Of a stretch of 64,000 nucleotides of DNA, positions 1-11,192 are shown in pieces. The DNA comes from Trichinella spiralis (Eukaryota). The translations under genes were made by a program, and so were the position numbers. Numbering within the stretch: position 1 is the first letter of the stretch; each line of letters opens with the position of its first letter. The notes under the pieces are model-generated. The model saw nothing but the letters and a program-made list of their open reading frames with translations. It was not told where the DNA came from and searched no databases. The DNA lies in assembly GCF_000181795.1 (NCBI RefSeq), contig NW_003526943.1:3685228-3749227 (forward strand), given 5' to 3'.

Positions 1-6
1 TGCATG

Positions 7-24
7 CATACATACATACATACA

Positions 25-60
<36 letters not shown>
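7..60. repeat. (CATA)n microsatellite followed by (TA)n
   Basis: Directly visible tandem CATA units at about 7-54, then TA. Confidence 0.95.
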
Positions 61-207
61 TCTGTAAACTTTTAGACATATTTTACACGGATGTAGAAAA
101 AACTTTAATAAACAAATATTTTATATTCAAATTAACCAATCCGCATTTGCATTTTCAATTAAATTATCTTTATTAATAAACTTCAACTAAAACAGTTCAA
201 AAATTAC

Positions 208-1222
208 CCTCCGTCGGATACCCTACTGCCAAATTGTTCAGTGATGATGGATTAACAGCGCAGCCAGCTTGCAGAAAATATTCACTTTTTCTAAAGATAT
301 TTCAATAATTGACACGACAATATGCATCGAATATTCACCGTAATACATTCTTGTGTGACGCAGCGAAGAACCAGGAGCAACATCAAAGTTCGACTGTGAA
401 ACGTCATTCGCTGACATGAGCAATTCGATCTCAAAAAGAAATGTGTCAATAATTTCAAGATTTGCTTAATTATATTCATTACCTGTTCTGATGATGGAGA
501 GAAATTGAACGCGGTTGGTTTCATATTTTCCAAATAATGACAATTTGGAAGCTAAAACAAAACAACATCAACATATTAATTTTGACACTGTAATGCATGG
601 CAGTTAAAAGAACACATTTACAGTTGAAAATTTGAATGCAAACAAAATACAACAGAATCAGAAACTATTTCCTTGTAACAGCAAACAACGAATTTCGAAT
701 TTATTTATGCTTCATTTAAAATATCAAACAAATATCAACTCTCGGTTGAAAAACAATTACACCTTATTCAGTGAAATGAAAAAGATATCGCCCTATAAAA
801 GACATCTTGATAAATATTACAGCAACTCGAAAAATGTTTTAATTATTTTAATGAATTCTTATGATCAAATTTAACCCATCATGTTACATACTTAATGACA
901 AAACATACAATCAATTTTACATAATGATAAAGCTGCTTGCTAGAGTAATATTGATAATTAGTTTATTAAAACCAATAGGTCACAGCTAGCAAGCAATACA
1001 ATTAAGGCAATAGCATAACAAATCAATTTTTATATTATAACAAAAAATCAGTCATTAGAACACAGCTCAAAATAAACTACCTTACCTGTAACAAGTAGAA
1101 CAAATTACTGTCATCTTTTTTCAAATAAACATCAATCTGAAAATAAACAAATCAATTGAAAAGATGAATGAATATCACATGTATTTTACTTCTTTTATAA
1201 CAGGATCGTCGTCTTCACTCAT
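208..1222 (-). CDS. POLR3E: RNA polymerase III subunit RPC5/Sin-like protein, N-terminal part; probably continues beyond the left window edge
   Basis: Exons 1222-1190, 1136-1086, 551-483, 429-339 and 267-208 are joined by phase-compatible GT-AG introns. They give MSEDDDPVIKEIDVYLKKDDSNLFYLLQLPNCHYLENMKPTAFNFSPSSEQIELLMSAND...NNLAVGYPTE, resembling the RPC5 N-terminus (EEDDPVVQEIDVYL...LYLFQYP...KQQKVELEMA). An acceptor at 1260-1261 precedes the ATG. Downstream exons were not resolved. Confidence 0.75.
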
Positions 1223-3909
1223 CAATACAAAACGGCGTATAAATAAATTAGTGTAATATCTAAAAAATCAGATTTAAAGAATAAAACGAAAATGAACACG
1301 CAGTTGACAAATAAGGTTAACTACGATCAGTACACAATATACAAATTATTTAATAAGTTATTTACATAAAACGGGAGCGTTATAAGAGATAACAAAGATA
1401 CAGTAGTTTGTTTAGTTCTATTAATAATCTGTTGAGTTCAAATTTTTATAACAGAAAAATTGTTTGACAGCGGACTGCTGCGGTAAAGCTGTAAATTAAA
1501 AAATGTAAATGCGAAGCCGTTTGTAATAACTGTTTACTGTTTTTGTTTGTCATATACAATTACTTTTACACTTATTCATTCACATAGGAAATGAAAACAA
1601 TCTACAATATGATTTATTTGTGCTGCAGTTTAAACTGCTGAATCAAAATAAAAATGTTACTTAACTATTCAATTTGTTCTTCAAGAGAAGAGTCCTAACA
1701 AGCATCTTCAAAACATATCGAATCATCCAATCGTACTAAAAGCATAACAAAAGAACAAACGTGTGCAATCGGGAATTCCCACCCAAAAACAACAAACGGG
1801 AAAGGAGAAAACATGAAGCAATCTAAAACTCAATTACAGTATGATAAATATCATTCAAGTTTGAACATAATTTATTATGAAACATCTAAAGTAAAACCAA
1901 AAGTAAGAAAATGATTTTTCTTGTAGGAGAGTAAGTTGAATTATTAAAAAAAAGTCTAACTAAATTTGAAAAGTTGAAAATTTTTAATATTAAAAACTAA
2001 TAAAAAGACATCACAGCATACATAATAATTCTTAGGAAAGACAAATTGCTAAAATTATTTCATATATAATAATGCGAATATTTTTGAATTCTTTGAGAAC
2101 TTGCATTATTGTGTATACTGTATGCGACAGTAAAACACGTTGACGTAAATAAATAAAGTGATATGTTAATGTTAAATTTGCATTGCTTATTTTAGCATAT
2201 TTGGTAAGAATAAGTGTTTCTGTAAATATTTCATGTTGTTTATTAAGTCCGTATAGACGAATGAAGCAACTGTTGTATGTTTGTTTGAATTTTATTCATT
2301 GTATGATCCCGTCCGTAATTTAGAATGTAGTGTCGACGACTGTATGCAATTGGAAATTGAATCATAACATCAACTAAATCTTATGTAATTATAATTTATT
2401 TTAAAATTATCACTCGAAAACGTACAGATATAATTGAAAGCTTGGCATTAAATACCTATCGTAAGCGCTACCGGGAAGAACAACTTAAAAGTAGAAACTG
2501 AGAACGTTTGATTTGAGATAAATCGACTCATTCGACAAATCAGAAAAATAAGTTCAGAAATATCTACGATGGACGCAGTATTAAAGCACTTTACTTCATG
2601 AACTTTTGAGGTTGGTGCAGAAAGTGATATTCGTCGGTGACAAAACCCCAGTCGCATTCGAGTAGAGTGCTCTTTCCAGGTCGCAAACCGAGTATCATCC
2701 CGCGACGGCGATTTATTTATATTACACAATCATATTGTATTTTTGTGTTCATTCTGATTAAGAAAAAATCATTAAAGTTAAAAATCATTAACATTTCAAA
2801 TATTGTACCTTGCAACATAAGCTGCTGTGAAATCGTTAACTTCGAAAATTTTAAAATCAGTTTGAACTGGATATTCTCAGAAACAATAAAATGTGAATTT
2901 TAAATGATTATGCATTATTAATGAATTTCATTAGATATATTAAAAAATTTCCTTGCGTGAAATATTTATGCTTTCCCATGTTTCACTATTGGCGCAAGTA
3001 AATTTTTTCTATAAATAAATGAATCTGTTTAATGTGGATTCTTCAGTCACAAATTTTAAGATAAAGCTTTCTCAGATGTGAACAAATACTGCACAGAACT
3101 CACGCTACAAATATGCAATAAAAGATATATTAACAGAAAAAATAAATGCCTATTTTAAATTCAACAAGCAGGCATTTTTACAAAAATAATCAATCATATT
3201 AGTCCTAAATTATTCATCATAAATCTTCGCTTTGGATCCAGTTCCCTTTTGCTGGAACTGGAAATACTAAAGTTCGAACTCTGATCTTATTGTATCTCAC
3301 GTTAACGTGAATAACTTTTAATGAGTAAAATGCACACGAATAATTGTCACATACAACACACAGAAAATCAATCTAAATTACTGAGCCGTCTGATGACGCT
3401 TCCGTTTTATTACTGCCTTTTCATTGATGTTTAGCCTCAGGCTTATCTGCTGACGTTTTGCCAGTATTTCTTCGGGGTACACAACAGATCTTCCTGATAC
3501 TTTCCACTTTCAGAACTATGATTATGTATTGGCTGTTCATCAACATTCACTTCAACACTGACACTACCGCTATTCGTAGGTGTATGCTATCATTCCACAC
3601 CGATTTCTTCATTCCATATTTCGGCACTTTACCAATAATGTAATCTCATATAAATAAGGATTGCAGACCATTAGGTACTGTAGACACTGTATCATACTGG
3701 TTATAATGGGATGTTGCTTCCTCTGGTTCCATTTTACAAGCCAAGTGTTCGTCTACCAGGCAATTCTTTGTGTCTAGCCCCTAGCGGATAGATCACTGAA
3801 GTAATTTCAATATTCGTGTATAAAGCCTCACTGGTTTGTTTGTCATACACTAAAATAAACTAATAATTAAAACAATAAATATATGCGCTATTTAATGCAT
3901 ACTTTTTAA

Positions 3910-4272
3910 CATCGCTGCTAACGAGAAAATCCCAGTCGACTTCGAGTAGAGTAGACTGTATTCTTTCTGGGCCGACGGCGATTGTCTCTCATTCACGGCG
4001 ATCGCGTATCAAGCAAAGCTTATTTGACTGATCACAGGGAAACAGAACGCTGCATCTCTTTCAAGAGAATATCCAAGCCATTTAAATTTTTTATACCAAC
4101 CTGCGCAGAATAACCTGTCAGCAAATGTTATGACTGGAAATTTCTGACGCACCGGTTGCTGAGGTGACTCATTAGCCAAGTCAGTAGGGGCATCCCTCCC
4201 CGTTTTTGCATTCGATTCACTTTTTGGATGAAAGTCCATGAGAGATTTCATACCTTTCCAATTTGGGTCCAT
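3910..4272 (-). mobile_element. Degenerate hAT-family transposase remnant (TTF-type zinc finger, ZMYM1-like)
   Basis: ORF 4009-4272 contains PQQPVRQKFP...F..GWYKKFKWLGYSLERDAAFCFPV, typical of the ZnF_TTF region of hAT transposases, but the second Cys of CFPC is lost and the frame ends. No TIR pair established. Confidence 0.7.
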
Positions 4273-6007
4273 TCATCGACAAGAATTACTAGTAAACAAA
4301 CAATACAGTATAATTCTACTAACTCAGGTTCAACCTGCAGGCAAATAAAATGTGTTTCCTCATGCATTTTTTGCACTTAAGCGCTATTCATGGCGCACGT
4401 TTTATTAAGGATTGTATTAAATAGTCACATCGTCGACAGTTGTTTCTCTGTAGTAGTGCGGTAGAAATGTTACAGAGAATGCTTTGAACTGAAAAGCGGA
4501 ATATCTACACTTTGAAATTTGTCTGGGCATATGAAAAAAGTCATTAGAGGCACTTGGGACTAATATCGGCACCTCCCCTTAATTGAAGTGCAAACAATGT
4601 TGCGCCCTGTTCAATTGAGGTAAGGACAGGGAAGTTGAAAAATCGCTATGAATTATGCCAGAAGCCGCCATTCGCAGAGCACTTCCACATCATCCATCCA
4701 CAGTGCTATGTACACTCAGAACTTACACATATATGTCATTTTTAATTCAATATACATGTTTGTGTTAAGAATCATTATAATAATAATGCCAATAAAAACG
4801 TAGAAGAACAGCACAGCGATATAATAATACGCAAGACGAGGATTTGATGCTTAGGGTAGAAAACATTCCAAAAGCCCAAATACGTGCATAATGCCAAAAG
4901 ACCATGTTAGGGAGAAAATTTTCACAAAAAAATATGCTAATTGTAATAGAAACATTTTGACCAATGAAGCCTCTAATATTTCATCCATTCACAATTTCAT
5001 GTTATCAGCTAATGATATTCTGAATCATTGAGTCCATTAAAAAAATCTACACGAGGTCGAATCATACTGAAGCTATTTTTAACCAATGAAATTCTTAGTC
5101 CAATAAGAGAACGCGGGATGAAAATTCTCCCATACCAAAGCATCCTATAAGAAAAAGTAAAACTTTGGAAAATGAAGTATTTAACTTTGAATGTAAAAAG
5201 ACTGTAAATAAGGGGCGAGTGTTTATTTATTAAAAGTTTTGAGATTTTTTGAAGTTATTCAAAAATTTCAAATAAAATTGAGCAACAGTTGTTGCCTGAG
5301 TTTGATTTCACTGTAGCTGGCAGCGTCGTGATACTGTGGTTTTTTGTATTGACTGAAGCTCCTGTTCACAGATTCGGTTATGCTGATTTTAAAATGACCA
5401 TCCAGGTCGAAGTTTGATTGAATTGGCCGTGTCAGGAGACACTGCACTGCCGAAGGATCAGCGGAATTGTTATAAAACTATTTTGACCATCGTAGCATTA
5501 ATACTGTATGCTATGCAGGTTAAAAAGAGCACTGTCATTTGCATCGCATGAAAACTTTTTCAAACGATAAACAATAATAACACTGGTTGAGCTTTTGTAA
5601 CAAAATTTTCACGCCGGTTGAGAGCGTCGGCAAAAATTTGTCTGTTTTAATTTGCTCTCCAGCACAGAATATTAAAATATATTGTTTGTAGTGCATTTTG
5701 TTTTTCAAAAAGAATGATTTTTTATTCTCGTTTACGAACGAAATTTTTTTTGCATTATTGTACTTTGAAATCGAGAATAATTTGAGCAGTTTTAAACTGT
5801 AATATAATTTATGTGCAGTCCGTAGTGCGATAAATCCCGTAGTGCATTTTTTGAAATTAATATTTAGTGTGAAAATGTCGCTTTAAGCTGTTTTTTATTT
5901 AAATGATGATTTTTTCACCTCATGTGATCTTGATTAAAAATAAGTTATGTCAATATTGAAGAAATTGCTTCGAATGGATGTAATTTTTTTAAGTATAAAT
6001 TTTAGTA

Positions 6008-8100
6008 ATGTCTGAAAAAAATAAAAAGAGTTCTATTGCAATGGACGTTCTGCCCATCGACAGTACCGGTCCGGAAAAATCGCTTATGTACTTGAAACAA
6101 CTTTTGGCTATATCTGTATCAACGATCTGCTATTTGAGAAATTTGTTTCCCGCCGATGCATTTTGTAATAGAGAGTTCGAAGATACGAAACTTCAAATTC
6201 TTGTCAGCAATGATCCAAAAGTGCTGAGGTAGTTGTATTCTAATTTCAAAAATTAGCCGCTGTGATCGGATTGTATTCCAGGTTGATTCATTGTATGACT
6301 GGTTGTTATGAAGCTATAGATAAAAAATATTTACGAACAATTATTTTTGGCATTTGTCCAAGAGAGAAAGATCCCGAAAATGTTGTGGAATCGTACTCGT
6401 TCAGAATTACATATCACCACCTCGGAGCCATTGATCTAGAATTTACCAGTGATTCCACTGGTCGGCAGTCCTATTCTACATCGGTGGTAATTATCACTTG
6501 TATTTTTTATGTTTTGAACTTATTCTCAATGCAGAACATTCTTTGAGACCAAAAATTCCACTATACAACTGTTGAGAAGCATCAACTTGATGTGCCAGAA
6601 TCTGGAACCCATGCCAGAGAATACTTTCATATCGATCAAGCTTCTTTACTACGACGAACGAACACCGGCTGATTACGAACCGCCAGGCTTCTTACCATGT
6701 CGGAACACGGACTTTCGATATTCTCGATCGGTTCATAAATCACCAATAGCTGTCGACTTGGGAAAAGTTCATACAAACTTCTGCACAGTGAGTTTGCGTG
6801 TCAAGTCTACACTGTATTTTCCCTATGACGATGACGACGATTCGGCCGTTGAAAATAATCGATCTCCATTGATGGTGAGTGAATTTCATATTATAGCGCA
6901 CTTCAGCAATGTCATGCCTGAATAATTAAAGCAATTTGGAATTGAATCCGAAACGATGAAACGGCAGTGCACTGTGATTGAACAAGAAAATGAAGAAGAA
7001 GTGGAAAATTTGACAGAAGGTATAAAATTTCACTGTTGTTCTATCATCTTTTCATCCCTCATGAAGTTAATTTTTACTTTTGTTTGTTATGTAATATCAT
7101 ACAGTACTTCAAGGAAAATCAGGTTCACATTATTTCATTCAGTTTAAGTTATTATTTTGCGTAAATTTTCAAGCGTTTAAAATTTAAATTCTAAAAATTT
7201 GTCAGTTCTATTTTTTAAAAAGAGACTGATTTGTTTTATTATTTACGTTTAGAGCATGAAGACATTTTTGTCGACGTGTTCGATGATTCAAGTGAACGAA
7301 AACACCCCAGAAAAGTTGCTGTTGTAAGTCAGCATTGCAGCTGCATATGCGGAAAGCAGAAAGTTGAGAGTGCAATGCTTTATTGCGAATATTGCAATAC
7401 AGTACAGCATGCAATTTGTTATGGAAAAGTGAAAGTTTCCAAAATCAACGAGGTATTTCTACTGTTCTATCTTCGAAACATAAATGACCATCCAATTTGA
7501 TTGCAGGAAAGGACAGCTTGTTTGCAGTGCTGTTTGGCTAATCGAACGTTGATTTGTCATGATGGAATATTGCTTACCAATCCCAGAGGAGTGAAAGCGT
7601 TGTGCTTGTACCGTAGAGCGCTGATGTTGTTGAAAAATTCGAATCAAATGACCATCAGCTTGATGACGTTTCAACGTGAATTAGAAATTAGCCACAACAT
7701 AGCTGGACAACTTTGTCAACAGTTGGTGAATGATGGATGCTTGTTTGGAAAAAGTTCTTCTGTATTTTACGTGCAGCGTTACGTCGTCTCGATATTGAGT
7801 AGTAAAATAATTTGCTTTGACAATGCTGACAAGTCAAAGTCGAACACACCGCAAAGACTTCCACTCCGAGAATTGAATCAGCTCAATTTGAGAAGGTAAA
7901 TGCTTGCTTGTTAAGTTTCCGTTTTAGAATAGCAGTTTGTTAATAACAATAAAAAAGCATATATATATATATATATATTTGAGATGATTTATTAATTTAG
8001 CTCGGACGCGACCAGGAAAAGGACTGCCAAATTGATGTCCGAAACTCGACCACCACAAACTGCAGGCATAAAAAGGAAAAGTACCGTGAAAAAAAAGTAA
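6008..8100 (+). CDS. Meiotic HORMA-domain protein (Hop1/HORMAD/HIM-3 family) with PHD finger, winged-helix-like region and basic C-terminal tail; about 509 aa
   Basis: Exons 6008-6228, 6282-6486, 6548-6874, 6932-7019, 7253-7452, 7507-7895, 8001-8100 total 1530 nt in one open frame. HORMA motifs: STICYLRNLFPADAF, EAIDKKYLRTIIFGI, VVESYSFRITY, IKLLYYDERTPADYEPPGF. C4HC3 PHD: CICG...CEYC..QHAICYG...CLQC. AATAAA at 8208-8213. Confidence 0.9.
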
Positions 8101-8353
8101 CATTTGATTGCATTTGAGTTTTCTCGTTCTCGTTTAATTTCTATATTGTTTGTTTGTTTGTTTGTTACTATTTACTGTTTGCTTTTTTTCCATTTTCTTG
8201 TTCACTGAATAAAATATATTTCTGCATTACTGACGTTGCATGTGACAAATGACCAATGCAATTTTATCAAAGAAAACTTATTTCATTTCATATCAATTTT
8301 CAGTTTAATTAATTAATTTTCCATAATCCCATGTTGACATTGATAAGTCTTGG

Positions 8354-10886
8354 TCAGTACGCTGAAAAGCCTGGCATAGGATAATTTCTAGCAAATGATT
8401 GTACACGAGCTTTCATATCTGCGCATAATTTCTTGAACTCGTCATTTTCTTCACAGGCAGCACGGAAATCTTTTATAGTTTTTCCAGCCTGTTTTTGAAT
8501 CTTCAACGTTAGTTGGATTGCTGTTATTGTACAAAAGAATGGAGAAGCATTAGTATGAAAAAAAACCATAAAAAATATTGTAAATATTCGAAATGTACAA
8601 GTATGAAATTTATTACGAATGAATTTTACTTATTAATGCTTAAATAGTTTTTTTTATATAGCATATTCTACTCAAAATATCGACAATTACAAGAAAATGA
8701 ATAAAATTTGAAAAGAACAACAATTAAATGATAATAATACTAATAAACTTACACAATTATAAATTTCAAAAAATAAAATGTCAAACAAAGCAAAAATCAC
8801 CTCACCTTCGTGAATGAAATCTCCAATTTGGACAAAGTCAGCTTCTTGTAAGCCTCTGGATGTCATTGCCGGTGAGCCGAGACGAATACCTGCATTAAAG
8901 ATTGACTGATATAAAAATTGTGAAATAAGAAAAATATTCTTGACAGTCATACCGCCTGGACGCAAAGCGCTCTTGTCACCGGGGCATGTATTTTTATTAC
9001 AAGCAATGTGCACCAATTCCAGAACATGTTCCACACGTGCTCCATCCGTATGCACTGGACGCAAATCCAACAACATCATGTGATTTTCGGTTCCATCTGA
9101 AAAATATTTTTAATAAATTATCAGAAAAAATAAATTTCCCAATCACCCGTCGAAATTTTGTATCCATGATGCTGAAGACGCTCGCACAATGCTTTCGCAT
9201 TCTTTAGCACTTGCTTTTGATAGGCAACAAATTCTTCTTCTTTGGCCAGCTTCAACGCAACAGCTACAGCTGAAATTACAAACCCCGTTTGCATACACGA
9301 AAAGTCGTCACCACACCTTTCATTGCATATTCAACAAACCTGCAATGGAATTTTCATGTGGCCCTCCTTGCAAACCTGGAAATACGGCCTGATCGATTTT
9401 GCTCTTGAAATCGTACTTCACTTCCACACCGGTAGGTAATTTCTTTTCTATTCCTGAAAAGATTAAACAAAATATATATATTTGAATAAAAAAGTAAATT
9501 AATTTTCTTCTTAAACAATTAATAATAATTATTAGTGCCTATTCTGTAAAATATCATCGCTGCTCGCGGTCCACGGAGTGATTTGTGCGTCGTGGTGGTC
9601 ACAATGTGGGCATAAGGGAACGGCGATGGTACAACTCCGGCGGCAACCAAACCACTTATATGAGCCATATCGGCCATCAAATAGGCACCGACTTCGTCGC
9701 ATATGCTTCGAAATTTACCATAATCCAAATGACGAGAATAACAGCTCACACCTGAAGGCAAACCAAATCACGATCATCAAAGAAAATAAATTTTTGTTTT
9801 TTTTCAAATTAACATCAATAAATAAAATACCGGCGATGATTAATTTCGGTTTAAATAGCAAAGCAGTTTGACGCAGCTCATCATAATCAATCAGTCCAGT
9901 TTCAGGATTCACTTTGTAAGGCATAGATTCGAAAAATAACGACGTTGCTGAAATTTTCTTTTTTTCCGTGTAAAATCTGTCCGTGTGTATGATTGAATTG
10001 CTTTTTTGTAAAAAATAACACAAATTACAAATAAACAATTTCACCACCCGTGAGTCAAATGACCACCGTCCGGCAAATCCAATCCCATCAGTCTTCCGTG
10101 CGGTCCGAGAATTGCCGTGTAAACTGCAAAATTTGCCGGACTTCCAGAATATGGTTGCACATTCACATCCCACTCATTTGGATCAAGACGGAACAAGTCC
10201 AGTGCTCTTCTCTGGCAAAGCAACTCCATCTCATCAATAAATTCATTTCCCCCATAATACCTACAGCAAACAATTGTTTTTTAAATTGTTGAACTTGATT
10301 TTAATTTTTACGTTTTGACAGTACTACAGCACGAAAATGTTTTCGTTTTTTGAATAAAATGCATTTATTTAAGTTTATATTTAAACTCGACTTAAATAAA
10401 AATTCCAACGAGTTGGAATTTTCTCTTCTGTGTACAACTTTGGAGCGTTCAAGTGGTTCGCACATGCTTGCTTTTCAAACAATTCAAAAATTGCAAATAT
10501 GCAAAGTGTAAAACGATTCTGATTATGAATAAAAAAATTACCTCGCTTTTGGATAACCCTCGGCGTATTTATTATGCAAAGAACAGCTCAAAGCTTCGAG
10601 AACGGCTCTGCTTGGAAAATTTTCACTCGCAATTAATTCAATACCTTCAATTTGACGTCGTTTTTCCTACATAAAATATTTCGACCAAATTAATTTTACC
10701 ATTTAAATTTGCATATAAATCAATGAAAAGAAAATGTACAATTACTTATTTATTTATACATACTTTTTGCATAATTTGAAACGCTTGTGAATCACAATTT
10801 TCAAGTTTATCATTCAAAGTACTTTGATAAGTTGTTGTTGTTGTTGTTGTTGAATATTGTTTAGCATTCGTTTCTTGAACGTCCAT
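8354..10886 (-). CDS. SHMT: Serine hydroxymethyltransferase (mel-32-like), about 483 aa from ATG 10886; a longer isoform is possible from ATG 11192
   Basis: Exons 10886-10764, 10666-10542, 10260-10048, 9976-9831, 9751-9539, 9453-9340, 9269-9147, 9096-8953, 8889-8806, 8520-8354 total 1452 nt. Motifs: [57 protein letters not shown]-lysine [35 protein letters not shown]. Confidence 0.97.
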
Positions 10887-11096
10887 GATTGTCTAGATAT
10901 TTAAAATGTCAAATGAAAATAAATAAATAAATTATAAAAATGAAAATGTAATTTTTTTTCTCAATTCCACGCCAAAGGAAAAAACAGCCAAGTAAAACTG
11001 GGCATCAAAAACAAAAAGAAAAAAATCATCCACCATCAAAAAAGCAGAAAGCAAATTATGAAATTGCACACGAAGAAGCGTCAATAAAATTGTTAC

Positions 11097-11192
11097 CAAA
11101 TTTTTGACGCCATAATCGAACAAGCGTCGAATATTGAACTTGTAGTACAAGTTTGAGAAATAAGGCAAAACTACACACGCCTGTTTGTGCAT
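11097..11192 (-). CDS. Candidate upstream coding exon of SHMT encoding a possible mitochondrial presequence
   Basis: ATG 11192 opens 32 codons (MHKQACVVLPYFSNLYYKFNIRRLFDYGVKNL) ending at donor TTG|GTAACA. This splices in phase 0 to the acceptor at 10893-10894 (ACA ATC ATG). A TTTTCAG acceptor at 11215-11221 lies 22 nt upstream of the ATG. Confidence 0.6.

Noticed and set aside
207..228. CAGTAGGGTATCCGACGGAGGG on the minus strand resembled a hAT terminal repeat
   Set aside because: It is better explained as coding sequence plus the GTAATT donor of the RPC5-like exon 267-208, and no partner TIR was found.
3380..3800. Exon-like or ORF-like sequence on the minus strand
   Set aside because: Stops interrupt all frames and no family is recognisable; probably decayed transposon or pseudogene sequence.
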